From NCBI GenBank assembly GCA_001803795.1, contig MHEK01000082.1, positions 1 through 47,389 of the forward strand: DNA of 47,389 nucleotides. The letters run 5' to 3'. Positions 1 through 9,573 of the stretch are shown in pieces. Made by a program: the position numbers and the translations under genes. The DNA is from Nitrospirae bacterium RBG_16_64_22. GTDB taxonomy: Bacteria > Nitrospirota > RBG-16-64-22. The notes beneath the pieces are model-generated. The model searched no databases. It had not been told where the DNA came from and saw nothing but the letters and a program-made list of their open reading frames with translations. Positions within the stretch are counted from its first letter, which is position 1. The number at the start of each line of letters is the position of its first letter.

Positions 1-70
1 GCGCAAAAAACCGCGCCTAACCCAACCTACACATCCGCGGAGGAGGTTCCGTAATTAATGGGTTCGGATA

Positions 71-361
71 CTAACGGGGGTCGTTGGATGCCGGCGGAAG
101 GGGCTCGGTTGTTCCGCCCGTTTCCAGTTCCCGGATGCGCCGGCGGGACGCCCGGAGTTCCTTGGAGAGCCGGACCCAGCGGACGCTGGCGAGGAGGGCC
201 GAGACGAGGGCCCCGGCCAGAGCGGATCCCAGCACGAGGATGACGAGGGACGTCTCGATGTTCCAGAAGAGAACGGAGACGACGACGGAGGCCGAGTTCT
301 GAATGGCGAACACGGCGACGGCTATGGAGATGATCAGGGCGACGATCAGGGTAATCTGCAT
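71..361 (-). CDS. Small inner-membrane protein, LapA/DUF1049-like
   Basis: 96-aa ORF with two hydrophobic helices (IVALIISIAVAVFAI; LVILVLGSALAGALVSALLA) followed by a basic tail. The architecture resembles LapA-type membrane proteins. Confidence 0.55.
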   Translation of the reverse strand: MQITLIVALIISIAVAVFAIQNSASVVVSVLFWNIETSLVILVLGSALAGALVSALLASVRWVRLSKELRASRRRIRELETGGTTEPLPPASNDPR

Positions 362-420
362 GTGCCCTCCAGGAAGCCAGCCGCGGATGAGAGCCTAGCA
401 AGGCGCAGGGGCGAATTCAA

Positions 421-529
421 GATAAAGACGGTGAAGATAAAGACGGTGAATCGGTGAATCGGAAACAGCCCTCCCCTTTGTAAGGCCCCGAAATCAAGTT
501 CGGGACAGGGGAGGCCGGGTGGGGTAGAG
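421..529 (+). repeat. Composite intergenic repeat A1: 15-mer x2, GGTGAATC octamer units, then a ~70-nt conserved tail with hairpin
   Basis: gataaagacggtgaa x2, then cggtgaat x2, then cctcccctttgtaaggccccgaaatcaagttcggg...ggtggggtagag. The same tail recurs at 42626-42694 and 43550-43618. Confidence 0.85.
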
Positions 530-535
530 TACGCA

Positions 536-1396
536 ATGGCTCGGACCGAAACCATGAAACCGCATTTCCTCATCATCACCGATCTCGACGGGACGCTTCT
601 CGACGCCCGGACGTATGCGTGGGAGCCGGCGGCCCCGGCACTGGCGGCGCTGAAGTCGCGGGGCGTCCCCGTCGTTTTTTGCACGAGCAAGACGCTGGCA
701 GAGGTCGTCGTTTGGGCGGAGAGACTCGGTCTCTCCGGTCCGCACATCGTGGAAAACGGCGGCGGGATCGCCTGGCCGCGGGACCTTCCTCTTCCGGAGG
801 GCGTCGCCGGCGAAATCGAGGAAGGGTGGACGATTGTTCCCTTGGGCGCCCCGTACGACATCCTGCGCGCGGCCCTTCGCGATATCGCTTTCGAAACGGG
901 GTGCCGCCTCTCCGGGCTCGGCGACTGGACGGTTGAGGAGCTTGCGGCGCTAACGGGGCTTCCAGCAGGGGAAGCCGAGCTGGCGCGGAGGCGGCGATTC
1001 GACGAGCCGTTCCGGATCGTCGGCGGCGATGAGGAGGCGTGCGGAGAAGCCGTCCGGCTGAGCGCGGCGAAGCGCGGGTTGTCCGTCGCGCGGGGCGGCC
1101 GGTTCCGGCATCTCTTCGGTCACGGCGGCAAAGGCGCGGCTTTGGAACGCCTTCTCGATCTCCTTCCGTGCCTCTCGGGTCGATGGCTCACGGTGGGACT
1201 CGGCGACGCAGAGAACGACCTTCCCATGCTCGATGTTGTGGACATTCCGATCCTTGTGCCCCGGCCGGATGGGACGTACGATCCGGCCGTTTCGCTCCCG
1301 GGTCTTCGGCGAGCAGAGAAACCGGGTCCGGAGGGATGGGGACGGGCTGTTCTTTCGGTTCTGGCGGAAGTAATCGGTGAATCGGCGAATGGGTGA
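536..1396 (+). CDS. HAD-IIB sugar-3-phosphoglycerate phosphatase (MpgP/GpgP/YedP family)
   Basis: HAD motif I LIITDLDGTLLD, FCTSKT, and C-terminal GLGDAENDLPML. Convergent with the glucosylglycerate/trehalose operon. The start could instead be ATG 554 (MKPHF). The last codons (GESANG-stop) are encoded by an octamer array. Confidence 0.75.
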   Translation: MARTETMKPHFLIITDLDGTLLDARTYAWEPAAPALAALKSRGVPVVFCTSKTLAEVVVWAERLGLSGPHIVENGGGIAWPRDLPLPEGVAGEIEEGWTIVPLGAPYDILRAALRDIAFETGCRLSGLGDWTVEELAALTGLPAGEAELARRRRFDEPFRIVGGDEEACGEAVRLSAAKRGLSVARGGRFRHLFGHGGKGAALERLLDLLPCLSGRWLTVGLGDAENDLPMLDVVDIPILVPRPDGTYDPAVSLPGLRRAEKPGPEGWGRAVLSVLAEVIGESANG

Positions 1397-1402
1397 ATGG
1401 GA
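1374..1402 (+). repeat. GGTGAAT-type octamer array A2
   Basis: atcggtgaatcggcgaatgggtgaatggg lies between two convergent gene ends and supplies the TGA stop of the phosphatase. Confidence 0.8.
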
Positions 1403-1421
1403 GGATGGAAGAAACGTTTCC

Positions 1422-4400
1422 TCAGTCTTCGTTCGCGAGGAGGGCGAGGGGGAAGGAGGCGAGGGCGCTGGAGAGAGGCACTCTTCCGCCGTCCGGCGTT
1501 ACGGTTTCGCCCGTAAAGACGTTCCGGTACGTTCCGTTCGAACCTTCCGGGAGACCGATCTCCGTGTCGTTCCAGACCGCCGGCCCGACGGGCGGGTCGG
1601 CCGCCTGGGTGAGCGACGCGAAGAGCCTGGGCGCGATCACGATTGCCTGGGAATTGCCTAGCCGTCGCGCGAAGGCGCAGACGTGCGCGGCCCTTTCGCC
1701 GGTCGCGTCGAGCGGAACGTAGTCGCCATCCCCGAACAGATCCGGCCGGGCCTTGCGAAAACCCAGCGTTTTCCAGATGACGTAGAACTTGATCCCGCCG
1801 TCCTCCATTCGGGCGAGAAGCTTCCGGACCGCCGCCGCCTCCCCTTCAGCCTCGACGCCGGCCTTGAGGCCCTCCAGGGTCCTCGCAAGGAGGTCGAAAT
1901 CCACTGCGCGGCGGTTGTCCGGATCGACAAGGGAGAAGTTCCAGGTCTCGCACCCCTGGTAGGTGTCGGGAACTCCCGGCGATGTGAGCCGGAGAAGCGT
2001 CTGTGAGAGCGAGTTGTACAATCCGATTCGAGAGACGCGCTTCTGGAAAGGGATGAAGTCGGACAGGAAGGCGGATGTGTCGGGGCTTTCGATCAGCGCC
2101 CCGATGAAGCCCTGAACGGCTTCCTCGTATCCGGAATTCGGATTGAGCCAGCTCGTATGGGTCTTGGCCTCGCGCGCGGCTTTGACCATGTACGCTTCGA
2201 TCCGCTCGCGGAAGTCAACGAGGCCGGCGTCGTCGAGATCCGCGAGCGGCCAGGCTCCGACCAAGGTCTGATACAGGAGGTACTCGTCGTTCCTCGACGG
2301 CGCAGGTTCGCCGTCCACGGCCTTTTTCTTCGGCTTGCCGATCCTGCTCCAGCGCCGGAGGTGAGTACGCCACTCGTCCGGAATCTCCGACAGAACGTTG
2401 ACGCGGGAACGGACGTCCTCGCTGCGCTTGCTGTCGTGGGTCGTGGTGTTGATCAGGGCGTGCGGCCAGCGCCTTCCGCGCTCGAAGTTCGCGTGGTGGA
2501 ATGCGGCCGCGGACACGCCGAAGCGGCGCGGATCTCCCCCCACTTCATTGAGCGAGACAAGGCGGTTGTAGATGTAGAACGCGGTGTCCTCCAGCCCCTT
2601 GGCCTTCACCGGGCCGGTGTACTGCTGGAACTTCATCACGAAGGCCGAGACCGCTCGACGGAACAACTCGGGTTTGCCTTCCGCCCCGGTCTTGAGGAGG
2701 ACGTCCCGGAGGAAGTCGAAGATCGTCACGTCAGCGGCCAGACTCCGTTTCTTGGCCACGCTGACGGCCCACTCGACGTGCCGGCGGTCGTCCTGGGACG
2801 GCTCGTCCGCGACGTAGGTGCGGTAGACGGGGAAGCAGGCGACGAGTTCCATGATGGCGCTTCGAAGCGCGGTGCGCGTGAAGTCGCGCGTCCGGCGATC
2901 GGCCTCGGCGATTCTGGAGAGCTGGTTGGCGAGGACTCCGAGCTCGCTCCCCATGGCCACCTTCATGATCAGCTTCTTTGCGCGGTAGAGGATCTCCTCG
3001 AAGTCCGTCTTGCGCCCGATGAACCTGGCGTAGATTCCGTCCATTGCGGCCTCCGCGGCTTGATCGACGAAGAGGCCGTTTGCGCTGTTGGCGAATCCGT
3101 ACCCGGTGGGTCCGTGCACGGGCCAGTGCTCCGGCAGGTACTCGTGAGCCGCGAGGATCTTCTCGACGACCACGTAGAGCGGCCGGGAGGCGTCGGTCCC
3201 TTCAGGCGCGAGCGGAGCGAAGCGCCCCTGGAGGCGCTGGAAGTACAGGAGAGGATTAGAGAGGCCGTCCGGGTGGTCGATCCGGAGACCGTCCACCTTA
3301 CCCTCCGCGATGAGCGCAACGACCTTCCTGTGCGTCTCCTCGAAGACGGTCTCGTCTTCCATTCGGAGCCCGGCGAGGTCGTTGATGTCGAAGAACCTGC
3401 GGTAGTTGATCTCGTCGGCGGCGACGCGCCAGTCGGCGAGCCTGTACGCCTGCGCCTCGAGGAGCCCGTGGAGCAACTCGAACGACGCGGGGACGCCGGG
3501 GGTGCCGTTGAAATCCCCGGCGTTTTCCTCGATGAACCACGCGATGTCAGGAGATCGCTCGACGAGCTGGACCAGTCGCCGCTTGTGGACCTCCTTGTCG
3601 CGGGCTCTCTCGGCGATCTTCCGCGGTTCGGTTTCAAGACGGTTCGGGAGATGATCGAATGCCGTAATGAGGCTCTGGAACTCGAGGAACAGCGGATTGT
3701 CCGCGCCGAGACGCGGCTCGAGACGGGCAATCCGGCGGGCCAGGATGCGCGGGTACTCGCGCGGATCGATCGGGAACAGGTGCTCGTGGTAGAAGATGCT
3801 GAACGCCCCGGTCTCCTTGTCGAAGACGAGCTTGAGAAGGCCTCCTTCAAGCGCAGCCCCGTAGGAGTCGCCCAGAACCGGGACCAGGACTTTGCCCCGA
3901 AGCGTCTCCGTGGCGGGCAGCCAGTCGATGTCGAAGAAGCGCGCGTGAACGGACGCAGGGCCGTTCTCGAGGACGTCCAGCCACCAGGCGTTGTCGGCGC
4001 CCATGATTCCCATGTGGTTGGGAACCAGGTCCAGTATGAGTCCCATCTTCCGCTCGCGGAGGGAGTCCACGAGGCGATCGAGATCCTCGGGCGACCCGAT
4101 CTCCGGGTTGATCGCGTTGTGGTCGATGATGTCGTATCCGTGCCGGCTCCCCGGCCGGGCCTTGAGGAACGGTGAGGCGTAGATGTGGCTGACGCCCAGC
4201 TCGTCCAGGTACGGCACGATCGCTCTTGCCTCCTGGAACGTGAGGCGGCGGCCGAGCTGGAGCCGGTAGGATGCGCGGGGGATGGTGCAGGGTATCGGCA
4301 TCGGCCCGGAGGGCGCCGGCGCCGGTGCCGGTTGCGACCGGGGGGCGTGGCCGCGTTGCTCGCCGAGCGCGGCCGCCAGATGGCGGACGCGCTCGTCTTC

Positions 4401-6533
4401 CATCCAGTCCTCCAGGTCGAGGGGGAGTTTTCGCCGCCAGTTCGGGTACTGGTCCGTTGTTCCGGGAAAGTTCACCTGTTCCGCCTGTCCCAGAACGTCA
4501 TCGGCCTGGACCGCCATGACCATGGACGGACCGCGGGCGACGTATTCGTGCACCGCCCGGGCAAGTTCGGGCGTCATCTCCGGGACAGAGACAGGGTGGA
4601 CCCCCATCCCCGCCGGGAGGAGCCCCTCCCTCTCCAGAGCCATGAGCATGTGCGCCCGGTCCCGCGCCCGCGCCGCGACCTGGGACTCGCGTTTTTCGTC
4701 GGAGGGGAAGAGGCCGAGCCGGGTCCGGACGTCCAGGTCCAGCCCGAGCCAAAACCCGTTCAGGGTGGGAAGATCGTGGGTGCTCACGGCGACGAGGGCC
4801 TGCCTTGTGAAGTCACGCGGCGCGGTGAAGCTGGCGTCCGGGTTCCTCTCGAAATAGAAGAGGCGGTACGAGAGGACTCGCATGGGCGCCAGCGCCTGGC
4901 GGACCTCGTCGGGGACGGTACCGAGGTCTTCCCCGATGACGAGGCAGCGGTTCCGCGTGCTTTCGAGCGCGAGAATCCCGAGAAGGTCCTGCATCGGGTA
5001 ATACACGTAGGCCCCGTCCGCCGGAGTTCCGCCCGGGGGGACCCAGAAGAGGCGCGAGAGCCCCATGACGTGGTCTATCCGCAGCGCGCCGGCGTGCCGC
5101 ATGTTCTCGCGAAGCGTGGCGATGAAGGGGGCGTAGGCGGCCTCGCGCAGCCGGTCCGGAATCGGCGGGGGGAGACCCCAGTCCTGCCCGTTGAGGTTGA
5201 AGTCGTCGGGGGGCGCGCCGATGCCGGCTTGCAAGGCGTACAGGTCCTGGCTCGCCCACGCCTCGGCGCCGCCGCGGTCAACGCTGACCGCGAGGTCCTG
5301 GTAGATTCCGATCCCGAGCCCCATGGAGAGGGCCGTCTCTCCGGCCGCGTGAAGCTGGAGATCGGCCTGCCACTGAAGGTACTCGCGGAACTCCACGCGA
5401 TCGATGTTTTCGGCTTCGAACGCGGCCACGTCGGGCGAGTCCGGAGAGCGGAACGCCTCCGGCCACGCGGGCCAGCCCCAGACGCCGGGGTCTTCCCCGT
5501 GGAAACGCTCCTGGAGCGCCTCGAACAGGGCGAGCCGCCTGAGCGGCGTCCCCCTGTCGGCCTGGAAGGCCCGGAACGACTGGCCGCGCGGCGTTCCGGG
5601 GTCCAGATGGTTTTTCCGGAAATGCCGGTACATGGTTTCGAGCGCCTGTTCCTTGGCCCTGGCGACGGACTTGTAGTCCAGCATCTCGTTCGCGCGGAGC
5701 GCCCTGAGCCGTGCCTGGAACGTGAGAGCGGAGGCGGCTTCCCGCGCGGCCGGGCACTCCGCGAAGTCGGGGATCGCCTCGACGTCCAGGTAGAGAGCGT
5801 TCAGGAAGAGACGGCTCGATGGGGAGTAGGGGCTTGCGTGTTCCGGGTTGTGCGGCAAGAGGGCGTGGAGCGGGTTGACGCCGACGAGGGAACCGCCGAG
5901 ACGAGACGTGAGATCGACGAGGGAAGCGAGATCCGAGAAATCGCCGATTCCCCAGTTTCGCCGCGACCGGACGCCGTAGAGCTGGACCGCCGGGCCCCAG
6001 ACGCGCCCTTCCTCCTCGAGGATCGGGGGGATGTGGCAGGTTTCCGGAGCGACGATGAGCGCCATGGAACCCCTGGCCGGGCCGTCCAGCGAAAAGCGGT
6101 GGTAGCCGGGCGGGAGGGCGAGAGCTAGCGCGAACGCGTATCGGACGCAGGAAAGGCTCCGGACGCGCTTGCCTTCCATGAATTCGAGTTCCGCGGGACG
6201 GAATTCTCCTTCGTGGAGGCGGCCGTCTTCCTGGGTCAGCGTCCATTTGAAGGTGTTTGATGCGAGGACGGCGGGCACGGAGAAAGCGATCCGGACCGGC
6301 GCTTCGCCCTCGCGCACGACCTGTACCGGGGGGAGGACCCGTGTCCACGGCTTGGACGAGCGTTCCTCAAGCGCGGCCTCGATCTCCTTGTCGCTGCCGG
6401 CCGGGACCATCATGGCCGAGAGGAGGGCCAGCCGCGTCTCGACGGAGATTTCGCGGCGATGTCCCCAGATGTCGAAGTAGTCGGGGGCGATCCCGCAGAT
6501 CTCGCATAGCCTGCCGAGAGCCTCGAGATTCAT
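1422..6533 (-). CDS. malQ-treY: Fused 4-alpha-glucanotransferase (MalQ, N-terminal) / malto-oligosyltrehalose synthase (TreY, C-terminal), 1703 aa
   Basis: The N-terminal ~730 aa is GH77-like (CGIAPDYFDIWG..., NPLHALLP, DHVMGLSRLFWVP). A Pro/Ala linker (PAPAPAPSGP) follows. The rest is TreY-like GH13 (YRLQL...GVSHIYASPFLKARPGSRHGYDIIDH, LILDLVPNHMG, GLRIDHPDGL). Confidence 0.9.
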   Translation of the reverse strand: MNLEALGRLCEICGIAPDYFDIWGHRREISVETRLALLSAMMVPAGSDKEIEAALEERSSKPWTRVLPPVQVVREGEAPVRIAFSVPAVLASNTFKWTLTQEDGRLHEGEFRPAELEFMEGKRVRSLSCVRYAFALALALPPGYHRFSLDGPARGSMALIVAPETCHIPPILEEEGRVWGPAVQLYGVRSRRNWGIGDFSDLASLVDLTSRLGGSLVGVNPLHALLPHNPEHASPYSPSSRLFLNALYLDVEAIPDFAECPAAREAASALTFQARLRALRANEMLDYKSVARAKEQALETMYRHFRKNHLDPGTPRGQSFRAFQADRGTPLRRLALFEALQERFHGEDPGVWGWPAWPEAFRSPDSPDVAAFEAENIDRVEFREYLQWQADLQLHAAGETALSMGLGIGIYQDLAVSVDRGGAEAWASQDLYALQAGIGAPPDDFNLNGQDWGLPPPIPDRLREAAYAPFIATLRENMRHAGALRIDHVMGLSRLFWVPPGGTPADGAYVYYPMQDLLGILALESTRNRCLVIGEDLGTVPDEVRQALAPMRVLSYRLFYFERNPDASFTAPRDFTRQALVAVSTHDLPTLNGFWLGLDLDVRTRLGLFPSDEKRESQVAARARDRAHMLMALEREGLLPAGMGVHPVSVPEMTPELARAVHEYVARGPSMVMAVQADDVLGQAEQVNFPGTTDQYPNWRRKLPLDLEDWMEDERVRHLAAALGEQRGHAPRSQPAPAPAPSGPMPIPCTIPRASYRLQLGRRLTFQEARAIVPYLDELGVSHIYASPFLKARPGSRHGYDIIDHNAINPEIGSPEDLDRLVDSLRERKMGLILDLVPNHMGIMGADNAWWLDVLENGPASVHARFFDIDWLPATETLRGKVLVPVLGDSYGAALEGGLLKLVFDKETGAFSIFYHEHLFPIDPREYPRILARRIARLEPRLGADNPLFLEFQSLITAFDHLPNRLETEPRKIAERARDKEVHKRRLVQLVERSPDIAWFIEENAGDFNGTPGVPASFELLHGLLEAQAYRLADWRVAADEINYRRFFDINDLAGLRMEDETVFEETHRKVVALIAEGKVDGLRIDHPDGLSNPLLYFQRLQGRFAPLAPEGTDASRPLYVVVEKILAAHEYLPEHWPVHGPTGYGFANSANGLFVDQAAEAAMDGIYARFIGRKTDFEEILYRAKKLIMKVAMGSELGVLANQLSRIAEADRRTRDFTRTALRSAIMELVACFPVYRTYVADEPSQDDRRHVEWAVSVAKKRSLAADVTIFDFLRDVLLKTGAEGKPELFRRAVSAFVMKFQQYTGPVKAKGLEDTAFYIYNRLVSLNEVGGDPRRFGVSAAAFHHANFERGRRWPHALINTTTHDSKRSEDVRSRVNVLSEIPDEWRTHLRRWSRIGKPKKKAVDGEPAPSRNDEYLLYQTLVGAWPLADLDDAGLVDFRERIEAYMVKAAREAKTHTSWLNPNSGYEEAVQGFIGALIESPDTSAFLSDFIPFQKRVSRIGLYNSLSQTLLRLTSPGVPDTYQGCETWNFSLVDPDNRRAVDFDLLARTLEGLKAGVEAEGEAAAVRKLLARMEDGGIKFYVIWKTLGFRKARPDLFGDGDYVPLDATGERAAHVCAFARRLGNSQAIVIAPRLFASLTQAADPPVGPAVWNDTEIGLPEGSNGTYRNVFTGETVTPDGGRVPLSSALASFPLALLANED

Positions 6534-8359
6534 GCGGCGGACTCCGGAGGCGGGATGCGGTCCAGGAACCAGGCGACGGACCAGGGGTCGCGCGCGAGGT
6601 TTTCCTCATCGGTTGCAAAGAGGAGAGCGCCCGCCGGCCGGTCCAGACCTCCGGACGGTCCGCGGCCGAGGTTGGCGGCGAGGCGCAGAACCGATCCGTC
6701 GCCCAGAGTCCAGCGGGCGCGAAAGCATCCGGGACCGGCGGTTTCGAACCGCGACCGGTTCCCCGCCGTTCCCGCGAGCCGCGGGACGATCTCGCGCGAG
6801 CGGATCGCGAGCAGGCGGCGGTAGAAAACGAGCGAGTCACGGTGGGGGGCGCGGGTCGCTTCTTGCCAGTCGAGCTTCGAGCGCTCGAACGTTTCCGCGG
6901 TACAGGGGTCCGGGATCTCCGTGTCCGCGAAGGGCGCGGACCGGGCGAACTCCCGCCGCCGGCCTTCCGCGACCGAGGCCGCCAGGTCCGGTCCGAAGTC
7001 GCAGAAGAACAGAAACGGCGATCCGGCCGCGAACTCCTCTCCCATGAAGAGGAGAGGCGGGGACGGAGCGAGAAGCAGGATCGCGGCCGCGGCGCGGACG
7101 GCGCGCGGATCCGCCAGAGCGGAGATCCGCTCGCCCAACGCCCGATTCCCCACTTGGTCGTGCGTCTGTAGAAACGAGACGAAAGCGGCCGGCGGGAGGT
7201 CTTTGCTCGGTTCGCCTCGGCTTTCGCCGCCGCGGCAGGCCGAGGCCTCTCCCTGGTAGGCGAACCCCTCGGCGAGGCACCGCCCCAGGTGACGGACGGG
7301 GTCGTCGGCGTAGTCCGCGTAGTAGCCGTCCGATTCCCCGGTGACGAGAACGTGGAGGACGTGGTGAATATCATCGTTCCACTGGGCGGCGTACCACCGG
7401 GGGCGGCCGGTCTCGCGCCGGGTCAGGTAGCGCGCCTCGTTGCGGTCGTTCTCGAGTACGAGATGCACGTGCCGGCCGCGCGCCGGACCGGCCTGGACGG
7501 CTTCCGCGAGTTCTTCCAGGACGTGGAGACTGGAGTCGTCCTCGATCGCGTGGACGGCGTCGAGACGCAGACCGTCCACGTTGTACTCCTCGATCCAGTA
7601 GAGGGCGTTGTGGATGAAGAAGTCGCGGACGGTCCGGCTCTCGGGGCCGTCGAAGTTTATCGCCGCGCCCCATGGGGTGCGGTGGCGCTCGGTGAAGAAC
7701 TGCGGCGCGTACAGATGCAGGTAGTTTCCCTCCGGACCGAAGTGGTTGTAGACGACGTCGAGAAAGACCATGAGTCCCGCGCCGTGCGCGGCCTGGATCA
7801 TCTCCTTGAGGGCTTCCGGGGTTCCGTACGATCCGTCCGGCGCGAAGGGAAGAACCCCGTCATACCCCCAGTTCCGGCGTCCGGGGAAGTCGGCAACCGG
7901 CATCAGCTGAAGGGCCGTCACGCCGAGGTCGGCCAGGTATCCAAGTCGTTCCTTGACGCCGCCGAACGTTCCCTCCGGCGTGAAGGTTCCGACGTGCAGT
8001 TCGTAGATGACCGCTTCCTCCCAGGGACGGCCTGTCCAACCCGCGTCGCTCCAGGCGAAGGCGCGCGGATCTACGACCAGGCTCGGACCGTGGACGTCCG
8101 CCGGGTTGCAACGCGAGGCCGGATCCGGGACGCGCTTTTCTCCGTCGATCCTGTAGCGATAGAGCGATCCCGCCCGCGCCAGGCCGGTGGTCAGGCGGAA
8201 CCAGCCGCCGGGCGCCCTTTCCATCCTGACGAACACCGGCTCCCGGTCGTCTTCGATGCAGAGATCGACCTCGCGTGCCGCGGGCGCCCAAAGCCCGAAG
8301 CGGACTCTTCCGTCCTCAAGAACCTCGGCGCCGAACGGCATTGCGCGGTTGCGTCTCAT
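6530..8359 (-). CDS. treZ: Malto-oligosyltrehalose trehalohydrolase
   Basis: MRRNRAMPFGAEVLEDGRVRFGLWAP..., YELHVGTFTPEGTF, GYDGVLPFAPDGSYGTP, FLDVVYNHFGPEGNY, GLRLDAVHAI. The start was chosen at ATG 8359, which overlaps the treT stop (TGATG). The longer track ORF to 9388 runs out of frame through treT. Confidence 0.9.
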   Translation of the reverse strand: MRRNRAMPFGAEVLEDGRVRFGLWAPAAREVDLCIEDDREPVFVRMERAPGGWFRLTTGLARAGSLYRYRIDGEKRVPDPASRCNPADVHGPSLVVDPRAFAWSDAGWTGRPWEEAVIYELHVGTFTPEGTFGGVKERLGYLADLGVTALQLMPVADFPGRRNWGYDGVLPFAPDGSYGTPEALKEMIQAAHGAGLMVFLDVVYNHFGPEGNYLHLYAPQFFTERHRTPWGAAINFDGPESRTVRDFFIHNALYWIEEYNVDGLRLDAVHAIEDDSSLHVLEELAEAVQAGPARGRHVHLVLENDRNEARYLTRRETGRPRWYAAQWNDDIHHVLHVLVTGESDGYYADYADDPVRHLGRCLAEGFAYQGEASACRGGESRGEPSKDLPPAAFVSFLQTHDQVGNRALGERISALADPRAVRAAAAILLLAPSPPLLFMGEEFAAGSPFLFFCDFGPDLAASVAEGRRREFARSAPFADTEIPDPCTAETFERSKLDWQEATRAPHRDSLVFYRRLLAIRSREIVPRLAGTAGNRSRFETAGPGCFRARWTLGDGSVLRLAANLGRGPSGGLDRPAGALLFATDEENLARDPWSVAWFLDRIPPPESAA

Positions 8360-9573
8360 CAGAGTCGGATGATCGTTTCTTCCGGCCGGTCCATGGCGTG
8401 GAGGAGAAAGAGATAGTCTCGCGCCTGGCGGGAGAGAAGGAAATGAAGCCGGACGTGATCCCGCCCCCGCTGGCCCATCCTTCGGGCGAGGGCGGGCCGC
8501 TTGAGGAGCGACCTGATCCGGAAGGCCGCGCCTTCCGGCGAGTGAACCAGGTATCCGGTCGCTCCCTCGATCACCTGCAATGGAAGGCCGCCCACGGCGC
8601 CGGCGATCACGGGCTTCTTCTTCCAAAGCGCCTCGGACACCGTGAGCCCGAACCCTTCCCGGGTCGATTTCTGAAGGACGATCGCCGCGGCCCTTTGCAA
8701 GGCGTTGATCGCCAGGTCGTCTTGGGGCATCGCGAGGACATGGATGTTGGGATCTTCCGCCGCCGCTTCCCGGACCTGAGCGAGAACCAGCGCTCCTTCC
8801 GGGTCGTCGGCCGCCGTTCCTCCGGCGAGGACGAGTCGGCAGTCGGCGTACGGCTTCACCATTCTGTACGCGGCGATCACGCCCAGGGGATCCTTGAACC
8901 GGTCGAACCGGGAGACTTGGAGGATGATCGGCTTGTCGCGCGGGACGGCGTACTTCTTGAGAGCCCGCTCGATTTCCCGGTCGCTCAGATCGCGGTTCTT
9001 CTGAGAGAAGGGATCGATCGCGGGAGGAATCCGGAACTGGAGAATCGGCAGGACCTGGGAGTAGCTGGCCATGGAGAAGACCGCCGCGTCGTATGATTCC
9101 ACGTAAGGACGCAGGAACTCCCAGACCGCGGGATGCGGATGGGAGGCGTCGATATGACAGCGCCAGCACCACTTCCCCCCCTTCCGCGACGCGATCAAGG
9201 CCGCCGGCTGGGGGTCGTGGATGAAAACGTAGTCGGCCGAGAGATCGAGACGCCGAGCGTTGTCCTCGTTCACCCGCCGGTACAGGTCGTACTGGGCGTC
9301 GGCGAGGCCCGTCGCCTCTCCCTGAAGGGCGTTGTGAAAGGTCTTCGTCACGTCGAAGAACTCCGGCGTGCCTGCGATCACCTCCCACCGGCAGTCGAGC
9401 CCCAACTCGCGGAAGATCGGGACGAGCTGGGTCAGGATCTCGGCGACGCCGCCGCCCGCCGCCGTAGAGTTGACGTGGAGGAATGAGCGCCCCCGAAGGG
9501 GAGCGGCCAGGCGCTCCAGCGTATGCACGGCCTCTGGGCCGATGACCTCGGCGTATGCGGAGAGGAGACTCAC
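8359..9573 (-). CDS. treT: Trehalose glycosyltransferring synthase (TreT, GT4)
   Basis: GRSFLHVNSTAAGGGVAEIL..., FFDVTKTFHNALQG, IHDPQPAAL, WRCHID, QVSRFDRFKDP and REGFGLTVSEALWKKKPVI closely follow the archaeal/bacterial TreT pattern as I recall it. GTG start overlaps the upstream stop (GTGA). Confidence 0.85.
   Translation of the reverse strand: MSLLSAYAEVIGPEAVHTLERLAAPLRGRSFLHVNSTAAGGGVAEILTQLVPIFRELGLDCRWEVIAGTPEFFDVTKTFHNALQGEATGLADAQYDLYRRVNEDNARRLDLSADYVFIHDPQPAALIASRKGGKWCWRCHIDASHPHPAVWEFLRPYVESYDAAVFSMASYSQVLPILQFRIPPAIDPFSQKNRDLSDREIERALKKYAVPRDKPIILQVSRFDRFKDPLGVIAAYRMVKPYADCRLVLAGGTAADDPEGALVLAQVREAAAEDPNIHVLAMPQDDLAINALQRAAAIVLQKSTREGFGLTVSEALWKKKPVIAGAVGGLPLQVIEGATGYLVHSPEGAAFRIRSLLKRPALARRMGQRGRDHVRLHFLLSRQARDYLFLLHAMDRPEETIIRL

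Noticed and set aside
2157-6128. Long plus-strand ORFs (672 aa and 647 aa, plus others) opposite malQ-treY
   Set aside because: They are antisense shadows of a gene with unmistakable GH77/GH13 motifs. Their translations are low-complexity (Arg/Gly/Asp/Val-rich) with no recognisable domains, which is typical of open alternate frames in GC-rich DNA.
8360-9388. N-terminal 343-aa extension of the TreZ ORF (track ORF 6530-9388)
   Set aside because: The extension runs out of frame through the well-supported treT gene and is Arg/Pro/Gly-rich. A start at 8359 overlapping the treT stop gives a normal-length TreZ.
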